DNA of 64,000 bases from an uncultured candidate division Zixibacteria bacterium (GTDB lineage Bacteria > Zixibacteria > MSB-5A5 > GN15 > PGXB01), in the NCBI GenBank assembly GCA_963702205.1, contig OY969724.1, positions 2,080,001 to 2,144,000 of the forward strand, written 5' to 3'. The notes under the pieces are model-generated. The model did not search any database. It saw only the letters and a program-made list of their open reading frames with translations, and was not told the origin of the DNA. A program made the position numbers and the translations under genes. Positions 48,968 through 59,335 of this stretch are shown one piece after another (positions within the stretch are counted from its first letter, which is position 1; every line of letters begins with the position of its first letter).

Positions 48968-49614
48968 TAGCCGGTTACGGTTTGAAGCTGATTCTTCCGG
49001 GAGTGCTGATTACGTCGCTTTTGTGCCTTCTGGCCGCCTCGAAAGATTCCGTTCTGGTCCTTGTGCTGGCGATATTATTTTCGATCCTTACCGTTTTCCT
49101 GACCTTTTTCTATCGTAATCCTGCACGGGATATACCGCATGACGGCCGCGTGATTCTGTCGATTGCCGATGGCAAAGTATTGTCCGTGGAGCCGGTCGAA
49201 AATGAGTATATTGGCGGCCGGGGCAACAAGGTTTCGATTTTCTTGTCGATACTCGACGTGCACATCAACCGCGTGCCGTGCGATGGTACCGTGGATTACG
49301 TAAAATATACACCGGGGAAATTTTTCAAAGCCTATGTCGATAAAGCCTCGGATGAAAACGAACATACGGAAGTGGGCCTCGCGTTCAAGGCCGGGAAGAT
49401 GATTTTCAAACAAATCGCCGGAATCATGGCCCGCCGGATTGAATATGACTTGAAAGACGACCAGAAAGTAAAGGCGGGCGATATTTTCGGGATGATTCAT
49501 TTCGGTTCGCGGGCGGAGTTTTTTCTGCCGGAATCGGTCGAAATAACGGTGCAGCCGGGTGTCAAGGTAAAAGCCGGGGAGACGGTTATTGGACGAATCA
49601 AAAACAACGAATAA
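48964..49614 (+). CDS. psd: Phosphatidylserine decarboxylase proenzyme
   Basis: FFYRNP, SIFLS..DVHINR, QIAG, FGSR self-cleavage motif. Confidence 0.9.
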   Translation: MIAGYGLKLILPGVLITSLLCLLAASKDSVLVLVLAILFSILTVFLTFFYRNPARDIPHDGRVILSIADGKVLSVEPVENEYIGGRGNKVSIFLSILDVHINRVPCDGTVDYVKYTPGKFFKAYVDKASDENEHTEVGLAFKAGKMIFKQIAGIMARRIEYDLKDDQKVKAGDIFGMIHFGSRAEFFLPESVEITVQPGVKVKAGETVIGRIKNNE

Positions 49615-49624
49615 GGATTCCTTT

Positions 49625-50383
49625 ATGCCCAACATGAAAGGTATATTTCCCGGGACGTTTACTATGGGCAATGCCGTCTGCGGCTTTCTGGCCCTGCTTT
49701 CGGCGTATGAAGGCGACGTCACCACGGCCTGTTGGCTGGTAATCCTGGCCGGGTTTCTGGACGGCCTCGACGGTAAAGTGGCGCGGTTGTCCGGGACGAC
49801 TTCCACGTTTGGTATCGAACTGGACTCGCTGGCCGATTTCCTTTCGTTCGGCGTGGCGCCGGCCTTTATTGTCTATACATTAAAGCTGCATTCAATGGGC
49901 AAATGGGGCTGGGTTATCGGCGTCGTGTATATCATGGCTTCCGGGTATCGTTTGGCCCGGTTCAACATGTTGGCCGACACCGAAGAAAAAAAAGAATTCA
50001 TGGGCCTGCCGGTGCCGGGAGCGGCTCTAACATTGGTTTCCTATATCATTATGAGTTATTATCTCTGGGGCCGACTCGAATATTCCGAGTACCTGGTATC
50101 GATGATTATCCTTTTCGCGGCGCTCATGGTCTCGCAGGTCGAATACGATTCATTCCCCGACAGGTTTAATACCCGTAAGAATAGAATTAAACTGCTTTTC
50201 TTTCTGGTTGCGGCGGGTGCGGCTCTAATAAAGCCAAGACTTTTATTATTTCCAATATTCGCCGTTTATATTATAATTGGCCTTGTTCGGGAGGCATACC
50301 GGTTTTTTTATCTCGGCATGGGCTATGTCCGAAGGAGGCAGGCCAATGGCCGGGCTAATGGAGAAGACAATGAGCAAGAATAA
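49625..50383 (+). CDS. pssA: CDP-diacylglycerol-serine O-phosphatidyltransferase
   Basis: DGLDGKVAR...G..LDSLAD..SFGVAP, RLARFN. Confidence 0.92.
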   Translation: MPNMKGIFPGTFTMGNAVCGFLALLSAYEGDVTTACWLVILAGFLDGLDGKVARLSGTTSTFGIELDSLADFLSFGVAPAFIVYTLKLHSMGKWGWVIGVVYIMASGYRLARFNMLADTEEKKEFMGLPVPGAALTLVSYIIMSYYLWGRLEYSEYLVSMIILFAALMVSQVEYDSFPDRFNTRKNRIKLLFFLVAAGAALIKPRLLLFPIFAVYIIIGLVREAYRFFYLGMGYVRRRQANGRANGEDNEQE

Positions 50384-50615
50384 AGCAACAGTATTTATCC
50401 GTCTCAAGGACGGCGTTCTGGACCCGCAGGGTCTGACGATCGAGAGAGCCATCAAGAACATGGGCTACGATTCGATCAAGTCGGTGCGCAGCGGCCGGTT
50501 TTTTGAACTGGAACTGGAAGATGGGGACGATTCAAAAGGGAAAGTGACGGAAATCTGCCGAAAGCTCCTCACCAATCCGGTGATAGAAAATTTTAACGTG
50601 GATTTCGAAGAATGA
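50370..50615 (+). CDS. purS: FGAM synthase subunit PurS
   Basis: LKDGVLDPQG, LLTNPVIE. Confidence 0.93.
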   Translation: MSKNKATVFIRLKDGVLDPQGLTIERAIKNMGYDSIKSVRSGRFFELELEDGDDSKGKVTEICRKLLTNPVIENFNVDFEE

Positions 50616-51322
50616 AATTCGGAGTTGTTACCTTTCCGGGGTCGAATTGCGACTACGATGCCTTCGCTGCCGCTAAGCTTATCGGCGAAGAAGTCGAATT
50701 CCTCTGGCATCAGGATACCGATCTTAAGGGGTGCGACGTGGTGATTCTCCCGGGCGGGTTCGCCCATGGAGATTATCTTCGATCCGGAGCCATTGCCCGC
50801 TTTTCACCCATAATGAAATCGGTCGCCGGGTTTGCCAAAACCGGCGGTCTGCTTTTCGGTATTTGCAACGGTTTCCAGGTTCTTCTGGAATCAGGTCTTC
50901 TTCCGGGGGCCTTGATTCGCAACCGCGACTTGCGTTTCCGGGGGCGCGATGTCTATATCCGGGTAGAAAGAAATGACACTCCTTTCACCATTGGTTACCA
51001 AATTGGCGACGTGCTAAAAATCCCCATCGCCCACAAGGACGGCAATTATTACAATTTCAGCGTTGACGTCGAGATGTTAAAAAAGAAAAATCAGGTCGTT
51101 TTTCGCTATTGCGATCGCGAGGGGAATATAACCGATCAGAGCAATCCCAATGGATCCACCGATAATATCGCGGGAGTAATTAACGAAACCGGCAATGTCC
51201 TGGGAATGATGCCGCATCCGGAGCGGGCCATGGAGATGATTCTGGGCTCGGATGACGGGTATAAAATGTTTATATCGGTTCGAGATTTTATAAACCGGAG
51301 CGTGCCTTGTGAAAAAGCGTGA
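50612..51322 (+). CDS. purQ: FGAM synthase glutaminase subunit PurQ
   Basis: FPGSNCD, GICNGFQ, GMMPHPER. Confidence 0.95.
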   Translation: MKFGVVTFPGSNCDYDAFAAAKLIGEEVEFLWHQDTDLKGCDVVILPGGFAHGDYLRSGAIARFSPIMKSVAGFAKTGGLLFGICNGFQVLLESGLLPGALIRNRDLRFRGRDVYIRVERNDTPFTIGYQIGDVLKIPIAHKDGNYYNFSVDVEMLKKKNQVVFRYCDREGNITDQSNPNGSTDNIAGVINETGNVLGMMPHPERAMEMILGSDDGYKMFISVRDFINRSVPCEKA

Positions 51323-51575
51323 ATTGACGTTTATTATCGTGGCGCTGATTCTGGCGGCGGTAATCGGCGGTTTCGTGGGAGAGCTGATCGGCTCGTTTTT
51401 GCCGCCGGGGGCGGCCAAGACGTTATTTTCCAAATCGGTAACGATTGGCATGGATACGATGCGTTTCGAGTTGTATTCCATAGCCTTTACGATCGGACTG
51501 ACTTTCAAAATCAACTTTATGTCGGCGCTCGCGGTGCTGATCGTAATTATCTATTTCAGGTGGTGGTACATATAA
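51309..51575 (+). CDS. Small membrane protein (DUF4321-like)
   Basis: TM helix with GGFVGELI, FTIGLTFKIN, second TM; GTG start. Confidence 0.65.
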   Translation: MKKRELTFIIVALILAAVIGGFVGELIGSFLPPGAAKTLFSKSVTIGMDTMRFELYSIAFTIGLTFKINFMSALAVLIVIIYFRWWYI

Positions 51576-51677
51576 CATTATAGGGTATAATATAAACTTT
51601 GCTTATAGTTCATCGTTTATTATATTTGGACGCGATATGATTAATGTGGTTTTGGAAACTTCGCCAAGGAGATAGAT

Positions 51678-51890
51678 ATGTTTGGAATGGGGCCGTGGGA
51701 AATAGCACTGATCTTTTTGGTCATACTCCTTTTATTCGGTGCCAAACGCCTTCCGGAAATTGCCAAAAACATGGGCAAAGGAATCCGTGAATTTAAGTCG
51801 GCCGTCAAGGACACTCAAAACGAAATAAAATCGGCCGTTGACGACAAAGACTCCAAAAAAGGCGGAGCCGAGAAAAAGGATCATGAATAA
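51678..51890 (+). CDS. tatA: Twin-arginine translocase TatA/E
   Basis: GPWEI...LLLFGAKRLPE...GKGIREFK. Confidence 0.93.
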   Translation: MFGMGPWEIALIFLVILLLFGAKRLPEIAKNMGKGIREFKSAVKDTQNEIKSAVDDKDSKKGGAEKKDHE

Positions 51891-52347
51891 GTTCAGTGAA
51901 GACGACGCCAAAAGGGTCGCCAAGGTATTGAAGGCTGAAAAAATTACGCTCGAAAGCGATCATATTCGGGTCAAAATTTCCAATGCGGCTGAAAAGCGCG
52001 TTCTGATCCTCGAAATTTACCCGGAAATACTGCTGGGCAAAGCCCGGGGCATGCTGGTCGTCGTTTATACCGGCAACTCACATTTACAGATTCATAACTG
52101 CTCCGGTTATGTCGTTTCGGAAGAATTGGGTGAAGTGACTTTTATAAACGAAACGGACGATTATATTTCGGGACTCGTGGTGGAACAAGGAGCGTCATGC
52201 TCTCTGTATTCGGGGATAGACCGCAGTCTTATTTCCAGCGATTTTACACGGCTGGGAGTAGAAGTGATGCTGTCGGGCGTAGCCCTGTCCCTGGCCGAAG
52301 AAATAATAGACGAAGAACAATCAAACGACCAGCCTCCGGTCGATTAG
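51883..52347 (+). CDS. Hypothetical protein overlapping the tatA stop
   Basis: 154-aa ORF, AAGGA RBS, globular-looking sequence. Confidence 0.7.
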   Translation: MNKFSEDDAKRVAKVLKAEKITLESDHIRVKISNAAEKRVLILEIYPEILLGKARGMLVVVYTGNSHLQIHNCSGYVVSEELGEVTFINETDDYISGLVVEQGASCSLYSGIDRSLISSDFTRLGVEVMLSGVALSLAEEIIDEEQSNDQPPVD

Positions 52348-52351
52348 CATC

Positions 52352-54847
52352 TTATACCGACTTTTTCGCTCCAAAAGAATCAATAAAATCGGAAATCGCG
52401 ACGCTAATTTCACCGGCCGACTGATAGCGGGCGTCCGGATCTTTGGCCAGTGCTTTGTTGATCACGCGATCAAATAAGTTAGGGATAGACGGATCTATAG
52501 ACGACGGCGGTTCCGGGTCGTTGTTGACAATATTATAAATAAGCGAGGTCAGATTTTCTCCCCGGAAAGGTCGGCGCTGCAGCAACATTTCATACATGAC
52601 CACCCCCAGACTGAATATATCGGTGCGGCGGTCAATTTTCTTGCCGGACAATTGTTCGGGTGAAATGTAATTGGGCGTTCCCATGGCGATGCCGGTGCGG
52701 GTCATCGATGATGAATCGACACGGGCAATACCGAAGTCCATGACCTTGACCTTGAAATCGGCCAGGATCATTATATTGGCCGGCTTGATATCACGGTGCA
52801 CTATGCCCTGACTGTGGGCATAATCGAGGGCCATACATATCTGCGACATGATCTGCGAGATGATGCGGTAGTTCATTTTCGTTTTCTTGCGGATAAGGTC
52901 CTCGAGGGTTTGTCCCTGGAGATATTCCATGGCGATATACTGCAGGTTCTTTTCGGTGCCGACGTCGTATATGGTTACGATATTCGGGTGTGATAAATTC
53001 CCCGCCGCCTGGGCCTCGCGGAACAGTCTTTCTTTAAGTTCGGCCAGCTCTTCGGGATCGTTGACAAAATCCAAGCGGATTGTCTTCAAGGCGACATTTC
53101 TGTTGATGGCAGGGTCCATACCCTTATAGACGGTCCCCATGGCTCCTTTGCCAAGTACTCCGACCACCTGGTAACGACCGAGCTGCTTGATTCTCTGGCT
53201 GTCAGGGACCATGTCGATTCCCGAAGAATCATTGTCGGAACTTTCACACATTTCCCGGCTGTCCTGATCATGGTCGATATTGATATTATTGTGTTCGACG
53301 TGCCTAAAATCATGATCTTCACCTGAGGAACCCGAGGAATCCACTTTAGGAGATGGAGTGGTAGAAAAGGCCTCGGTCCTTTGCTCGTTGGCATAATTGT
53401 TGCCGACGGTTTTTTCCATGGACGGGGCTTTGCCACGACTGTTGCCATAGTCCATTTTGACCGTTTCTTTTGGTGCTCCGGCGCTCCGCGCATGTACCGG
53501 CGCAATTGGCGGAGTGGCTGGGCGCGGTGTATGGTTCGGCGTATCGTCAAGGTGCACTTTGGGCGGACCGGACCGGCCTGATTTCTTGCCGGAGCTATCC
53601 CTTTTGGACGCAAGGCGCTCGAGAAGATCGCTTTCCAAAAATGGGCTGGCGATCAAAAGCAGGAATATTTCCAGGGCAATATAAAGCGTCCGGTACAAGA
53701 TGCTGTATGAATTGAAGAGGATGAATGTTACATTAGCCAATATGAACAGCGAGATGAAAAGGATGATAAAACGGAATTTGAGCGATACCCGCGGCAGTAT
53801 GAAGGCAAACAGGCCGCCCAGGGCGAACAAGACGAGCATGTCAAGCCCTCGCGGGGAATCATAGCGCTGTATATAATTGGAGTGTATGATATTTTCGATA
53901 ACATTGGCGCGAACCTCGCCTCCAACGAGTTTATTCGATACCGGCGTGCGGAAATAATCCGTCAACTGGGTTGAAGTTAACGAAATTATGACCAGCTTAT
54001 TGGCCAGGCTTTCGAGGTTGATGCTTTCGTCGAGTATATCCGCCGCCGAAAATTTCATGAATGACTGGTTCGGCTTGTTATAATTTATGAACATGCAGGT
54101 TTGATTGTTTACCGGAATTTCGCCGTTGCCGAGGAAAACTCTGCCATCGCTTTGAACCGCAATCTGCGACGGTTTGTAGCCTTTGTAATTGGCCGCTGCC
54201 AAAAGCGAAGCCGACGGATAGTAAAATCCGTCATAGAACATTATCAACGGCTGCCAGCGAACCTTGCGGTCACTGTCATATATATTATATCTGAAGCCGA
54301 TTCCGGCCGAATACTGACAAAGCTGCTTGGGAGGCAGAAAAACATTTTGAGCCAGGACCGTGGCGTGTTCATCGAGTATCCCGAGATCGGTGTTGATTGT
54401 GACCGAATTGTCGAACAGGTAATCGGGACGGCTTATCCGGGCATTGCGAAAATCGGCGCGGTTGAACTGGTACGGAACAATGACGTTTTTGATCCATGAC
54501 ATTTGTCCGGCCAGAATATTGGTATAGCCCAAAGTATCTTCGTCGGTGTCGGGTTCGAAAACAAGATCGAGGAATACGGTTTTGGGATTACCCGAACCCA
54601 CCGCCGCAATGAGGTCGGCGATACGATCGCGGTGCCAGGGCCACTGCCCGTATTTAGAGATGGCCGCGTCGTCGATGTTAACCAGGACGACGTCGGAATG
54701 CATTTTCTGCTCACCCCGGAAGGAATAGAGCATGTCGTTGACTTTTCTTTCCAGTCCGGCCAGCGGCGAAAAGTTATTTGCATAGAGGGCCACCACGAAA
54801 AATGAAATAAGGAGGCACAGTATATATGACGAATATTTTCGTACCAT
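52352..54847 (-). CDS. CHASE2-sensor Ser/Thr protein kinase
   Basis: CHASE2 (VNIDD..G.WPW.R, D.D..VR), 3 TM, GKGAMG, VALK, HRDIKPAN, DFG. Confidence 0.92.
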   Translation of the reverse strand: MVRKYSSYILCLLISFFVVALYANNFSPLAGLERKVNDMLYSFRGEQKMHSDVVLVNIDDAAISKYGQWPWHRDRIADLIAAVGSGNPKTVFLDLVFEPDTDEDTLGYTNILAGQMSWIKNVIVPYQFNRADFRNARISRPDYLFDNSVTINTDLGILDEHATVLAQNVFLPPKQLCQYSAGIGFRYNIYDSDRKVRWQPLIMFYDGFYYPSASLLAAANYKGYKPSQIAVQSDGRVFLGNGEIPVNNQTCMFINYNKPNQSFMKFSAADILDESINLESLANKLVIISLTSTQLTDYFRTPVSNKLVGGEVRANVIENIIHSNYIQRYDSPRGLDMLVLFALGGLFAFILPRVSLKFRFIILFISLFILANVTFILFNSYSILYRTLYIALEIFLLLIASPFLESDLLERLASKRDSSGKKSGRSGPPKVHLDDTPNHTPRPATPPIAPVHARSAGAPKETVKMDYGNSRGKAPSMEKTVGNNYANEQRTEAFSTTPSPKVDSSGSSGEDHDFRHVEHNNINIDHDQDSREMCESSDNDSSGIDMVPDSQRIKQLGRYQVVGVLGKGAMGTVYKGMDPAINRNVALKTIRLDFVNDPEELAELKERLFREAQAAGNLSHPNIVTIYDVGTEKNLQYIAMEYLQGQTLEDLIRKKTKMNYRIISQIMSQICMALDYAHSQGIVHRDIKPANIMILADFKVKVMDFGIARVDSSSMTRTGIAMGTPNYISPEQLSGKKIDRRTDIFSLGVVMYEMLLQRRPFRGENLTSLIYNIVNNDPEPPSSIDPSIPNLFDRVINKALAKDPDARYQSAGEISVAISDFIDSFGAKKSV

Positions 54848-54866
54848 GATTTTTACCTGTCTTATC

Positions 54867-55595
54867 TTACGCGCCGACCGAGAGCCTTTCGATTAAGAAC
54901 TCCGGCAATTGGGCCTTGGCCATTTTCTCCTGGGTTTTCTTGATGTCGTATTCAACCCGGCGATATTCCATATTTCCACCGGTTACGTCGATCGTAACAT
55001 AGCACGCCCGGCAATCTTTATCGCGGGGCTGCCCGACCGAGCCGACGTTTATAAGGTGCTTTTTATCCTTGACGAATTTGTGCTTTGTTTTGAAATGCGC
55101 CGTCACCTCACCGCTGTCCTGCCGTACAAACAGAACCGGAATGTGAGAATGGCCCACAAAACACGCGGATTGAGGAAAGTGCTGAAACTGCTCGGCGGCC
55201 TGCTCCACGTTAAAAACATACTGCCACGCTTCGGGTTCTTTGGGGGTGGCATGGACCAAATGGAAATCCAGAAAATCCGCATCGAATTCGAAGTCGGTCA
55301 GCTTTTCGATGGTCTTCTGTTTGAGCGATGCCTGTGTCCATTCCAGGGAAGCCCGGGCCGCCTTGTTGAATGATTCGGCCGACTCCAGGCCCAGTGCAGC
55401 ATAATCATGGTTTCCCATAATTTTAATATCGCAGTGTTTGACGATCAAATCGACGCATTCATTCGGGTTACAGCCGTAGCCGATCGCGTCGCCGAGGAAG
55501 TGGATTTTTTCCACCCCCTGTTTCTCAATGTCTCGCAAGACCTTCTCCAGGGCTTCCAGGTTTGCGTGAACGTCCGATATCATCGCAATTTTCAT
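54867..55595 (-). CDS. Calcineurin-like metallophosphoesterase
   Basis: SDVHAN, GDAIGYG, GNHD, GHSH, NVGSVGQPRD. Confidence 0.92.
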   Translation of the reverse strand: MKIAMISDVHANLEALEKVLRDIEKQGVEKIHFLGDAIGYGCNPNECVDLIVKHCDIKIMGNHDYAALGLESAESFNKAARASLEWTQASLKQKTIEKLTDFEFDADFLDFHLVHATPKEPEAWQYVFNVEQAAEQFQHFPQSACFVGHSHIPVLFVRQDSGEVTAHFKTKHKFVKDKKHLINVGSVGQPRDKDCRACYVTIDVTGGNMEYRRVEYDIKKTQEKMAKAQLPEFLIERLSVGA

Positions 55596-55599
55596 GAGA

Positions 55600-56289
55600 T
55601 CAACTGCCTTCAACAAAACGATACGTTGATTTCCCGACTTGTATAATGTCACCATTTTTAAGCAGGTTCTTGTCAACCTGTTCGCCGTTTATTCTGGTTT
55701 TCCCTTTACGGCCCAGGTTAACCAGCGAATAACCCTCGTCATCTTTTACGATCTTGGCTTGAATTCCGGAAAGCATAAAACCCCTGGCGTGGACGTGAAC
55801 GAATTTGGCGCGCCCGATGGTTGTCACGTTGCGGTCTATACGGTATTCCGAAAAATCGGTATTCTCTTCGCCGACCAGAACCGATGCGCCCATGCGGCTG
55901 ACGATTTCACGGTCGTTCTGATCCTGCTTGAGCAGTTCCTTTTGCTTTTTGGTATTTAGAACCATGGTGCCGTCCATGCTGGCACCCGAGCTTTCATGGG
56001 TTACTTCGGTGCGATACTCCAGCGTGTATTTCCCGATCATGATCTCGTCGTGGTCGCGAAGGATTTCCTCGGTAATTTTGCGGTTGTTGACAAAAGTGCC
56101 GTTCAATGACTGATTGTCGATTATAACGGCGGCGCTGTCGTTAAACTCGATTTGAGCGTGCTTGCGGGATACCCCCCGATTGTCGAGAATAATATCATTG
56201 TCCGGCGTCCGGCCGAGGCTTAACCTTTTCTTTTCAGCAACGACTCTCTCGATTACTTTGCCATCGAATTTTATTACTATTTCCGGCAT
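55600..56289 (-). CDS. Tandem FHA-domain protein
   Basis: LGR..DNDI...VSRKHA...SLNGTFVN; second FHA (IGR...) degenerate. Confidence 0.9.
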   Translation of the reverse strand: MPEIVIKFDGKVIERVVAEKKRLSLGRTPDNDIILDNRGVSRKHAQIEFNDSAAVIIDNQSLNGTFVNNRKITEEILRDHDEIMIGKYTLEYRTEVTHESSGASMDGTMVLNTKKQKELLKQDQNDREIVSRMGASVLVGEENTDFSEYRIDRNVTTIGRAKFVHVHARGFMLSGIQAKIVKDDEGYSLVNLGRKGKTRINGEQVDKNLLKNGDIIQVGKSTYRFVEGS

Positions 56290-56400
56290 GGGGGTCTCCT
56301 TTCGTTATCCCCAATGTTTTATTTCATATATATTGCAGGCAGGCCATTTTGGCCGGGTGCCCGTATTGCATACACAATTAGAGTTAATTATATTGTCGGC

Positions 56401-57379
56401 ATGAGAATAGGAAACTTGACCCTTCAGGGAAATCTGATTCTGGCGCCCCTTGCCGGTATATCCAAGAGACCCTTCAGGTTGCTGGCTCGAAAGTACGGTG
56501 CGGCGCTGTGTTATACGGAGATGATTTCGGCCGATGCCCTGGTTCGCAATGATAAAAAGACGATAAAGATGCTCGACCACACGCCCGATGAGCATCCCAT
56601 TGGTATTCAACTGTTCGGTTCCCGGCCGGAACTGATTGCGGCCGCAAGCAAAAGGCTGATGGATTTTAAGCCGGATATAGTAGATCTTAATTTGGGCTGT
56701 CCCGTCCCGAAAGTCATCAAGAAAAATGGAGGCGCGGCATTGTTGAAAAATCCCGTTCTGGCTGAAGAAATCATGATCGCCGCGGTCGAGAATTCCAGCG
56801 TGCCGGTCACGATTAAAACCCGTTCGGGGTGGGCGGCCGATTCCCAAAACTATCTTGAAATCGGACGCCGGGCGCAGAAGGCGGGCGTTGCCGCCATGAC
56901 ACTCCATCCGCGAAGCCGGACCGAAAGATTCGCGGGAAAATCAAACTGGTCCTTGATAAAATGCCTTAGAGAGGAAATAACGATTATAGTCATAGGTAAT
57001 GGAGACGTAAGAACTCCTCAGGACGCCAAAGATATGTTGGATCAGACCGGCTGCGATGCCGTCATGATCGGCCGGGCGGCCCTGGGTAATCCTTATATTT
57101 TTTCACAAATTAGAGAATTCCTGGAGTATGATCGTATAATCCCTGAAATGACTCCGAACGAAAAAATAGAAGATGGCTCTGGAACACGCGCGCATGATGG
57201 CAACGCAGTACCCCGATCAGGTCGCGGCGCGGATGATGCGAAAGCACCTGGCGTGGTACACCAGGGGATTTTTAGAGGGACACGAGCTGCGACGACAGAT
57301 TATGAAACAGGAATCGTACGATGACATAGAAACCTGCCTGAACAATTACCTTTTAAATGCGTCCCAATTGAATGGATAA
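56401..57379 (+). pseudogene. dusB: tRNA-dihydrouridine synthase B with a frameshift near 57168-57172 (real lesion or sequencing error)
   Basis: LAPLAG, NLGCP, HPR, GNGD, MIGRAALGNP in one frame; C-terminal RKHLAWY in the +1 frame (57173-57379). Confidence 0.8.
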
Positions 57380-58148
57380 AGATCATCTCAAAAAAATGCT
57401 GACGCAGGTCAGCCGGGGCGATCTCGCACCCGATCAGGCGGTGGAAAAACTGCGCCACCTGCCATTCGAGGATATCGGGATGGCCCGGATAGATCACCAT
57501 CGTCAGATTCGTCGCGGACAGCCCGAGGTCATTTTCGCTCCCGGTAAGACGACCGGGCAGATAATTAAAATCGCCGGGAAAATCAGAAGAACGAATACGG
57601 ACGTCATAATCAGCCGCATGGACAAAAAACAATTTCCTTCACTAAAGAAGAAAATGCCTAAAGCGCACTATTTCGCCGATGCCCGCCTGGCTTTGATTCT
57701 CGCCGGTAATAAAAAACAACCAAAGGAATTGACATCAACTCGGGTCCTGGTTTGCACCGGCGGGACAGCCGACATTCCCGTAGCCGAGGAAGCGGCTCTC
57801 ACGGCCTGGATAATGGGCTGCCCCGTGGATCGGCTTTATGACGTCGGCGTGGCCGGCATTCACCGTTTATTCGACGGTGAGGACCTGATTAAAAGCGCGG
57901 GGGTGATAATTGCCGTCGCTGGGATGGAAGGCGCGCTGGCCTCGGTGGTGGCGGGGCTGGTCGACGTGCCGGTAATTGCCGTGCCGACGTCGATCGGCTA
58001 TGGCGCTTCCTTCGGCGGCATGGCGGCGCTGTTGGCCATGCTTAATTCCTGCGCCTCGGGGGTTACTGTGGTTAATATAGATAATGGCTTCGGTGCGGGC
58101 GTGGCCGCTGCCACGACCGCCCGACTGATCAGCAAAGGGGAACAATGA
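57372..58148 (+). CDS. larB: Nickel pincer cofactor biosynthesis protein LarB
   Basis: DHHR..RRG.PEVIF..GKT, GTADIPVAEEA, DVGVAGIHRL, AGMEGAL, VPTSIGYG, VVNIDNGFGA. Confidence 0.95.
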   Translation: MDKDHLKKMLTQVSRGDLAPDQAVEKLRHLPFEDIGMARIDHHRQIRRGQPEVIFAPGKTTGQIIKIAGKIRRTNTDVIISRMDKKQFPSLKKKMPKAHYFADARLALILAGNKKQPKELTSTRVLVCTGGTADIPVAEEAALTAWIMGCPVDRLYDVGVAGIHRLFDGEDLIKSAGVIIAVAGMEGALASVVAGLVDVPVIAVPTSIGYGASFGGMAALLAMLNSCASGVTVVNIDNGFGAGVAAATTARLISKGEQ

Positions 58149-59335
58149 AGGTCCTATATGTGGACGCCGTTTCCGGAATAGCCGGAGATATGATGCTGGC
58201 GGCACTGGTCGATTTGGGGATGCCGTTTGAATATCTCAAAAAAAATCTTGCAAAGATGAATCTCGACGGCTATGAACTTGAATTCAAGAAGGTGGAAAAA
58301 AACCATATCGCCTCGGCAAAAATTGACGTGCACGTCTCGGAAGGGCACGTGAATCGTCACCTGAAAGATATTCGCGCCATTATCGACCGCGCGGGGTACA
58401 ACGAGATAATAAATGATTTCGCTGTCAAAGCGTTTGAAAAAATAGCCGTCGCCGAAGCCAGGATTCATAATTCTACGCCGGACAAGATTCATTTCCACGA
58501 AGTAGGCGCGGTCGATGCCATAGTCGATATAGTCGGAACGGCTATCGGGGTCGACTATTTCAAGCCCGGCGTTGTGTATGCTTCTCCCGTACCGATGGGT
58601 GGCGGCACAATCAAAGCGGCCCACGGTATTCTGCCGGTTCCGGCACCGGCCACTCTGGAGATTTTAAAAGGGCATAGAGTGGAGCATATTGGCGGGGACG
58701 GAGAGCGGGTCACTCCGACCGGGGCGGCCATCCTGATGACGTTGCTTGATTTTTTTGGCACCAAAGACCGACCATCATACGTTGTCGAGAAAATCGGCTA
58801 TGGCGCCGGGACCAAAGACTTTACGGACCGGCCCAATGTGTTGCGACTGGTGCTGGGCGGCTCTGAAGAAAACAAATCCGATCTGTCGGATGAAATCGAA
58901 GTTCTGGAAACCAATATCGACGACATGAACCCTCAAACCTTCGGGTTTCTGTCGGAGCGCTTATACAAGGCCGGGGCCAGTGAGGTTTATATTACGCCGG
59001 TATATATGAAGAAGAATCGTCCGGGCCAGCTGCTGACGGTCCTCTGCAAAAAGGACTTGGCCGGGAAATTGAGTGATATTATATTCTCCGAAACCACCAC
59101 AGCCGGTATCCGCTACCGGACAATGAAGCGCCGCATTTTGGCTCGGCGAATGATCCGGGTGCAAACCGAATACGGAAAGGTCGAGGCGAAAATATTGGAA
59201 TTTGGGAAAAAGAAGAAATTACAGCCGGAATATGACGACTGCAAACGGGCGGCGGAGGAACATGGTGTTCCTCTGGCCGAAGTTATCAGGGCCGCCGTCA
59301 GACAGGCTGAAATACAGGAAGGACTTGATAAATGA
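58145..59335 (+). CDS. larC: Nickel pincer cofactor Ni-insertase LarC
   Basis: SGIAGDM, HFHEVGAVDA, HGILPVPAPAT, TPTGAA, ETNIDD, MKKNRPG, PEYDDC. Confidence 0.95.
   Translation: MKVLYVDAVSGIAGDMMLAALVDLGMPFEYLKKNLAKMNLDGYELEFKKVEKNHIASAKIDVHVSEGHVNRHLKDIRAIIDRAGYNEIINDFAVKAFEKIAVAEARIHNSTPDKIHFHEVGAVDAIVDIVGTAIGVDYFKPGVVYASPVPMGGGTIKAAHGILPVPAPATLEILKGHRVEHIGGDGERVTPTGAAILMTLLDFFGTKDRPSYVVEKIGYGAGTKDFTDRPNVLRLVLGGSEENKSDLSDEIEVLETNIDDMNPQTFGFLSERLYKAGASEVYITPVYMKKNRPGQLLTVLCKKDLAGKLSDIIFSETTTAGIRYRTMKRRILARRMIRVQTEYGKVEAKILEFGKKKKLQPEYDDCKRAAEEHGVPLAEVIRAAVRQAEIQEGLDK

Noticed and set aside
45469..51322. Lone ecfT, and purSQ without purL, as a novel system
   Set aside because: Split ECF and pur genes are common; partners are probably elsewhere in the genome.
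57160..57172. Programmed ribosomal frameshift in dusB
   Set aside because: A shift within the A6 tract meets TAG at 57167 in the required frame, and there is no canonical slippery heptamer in frame.
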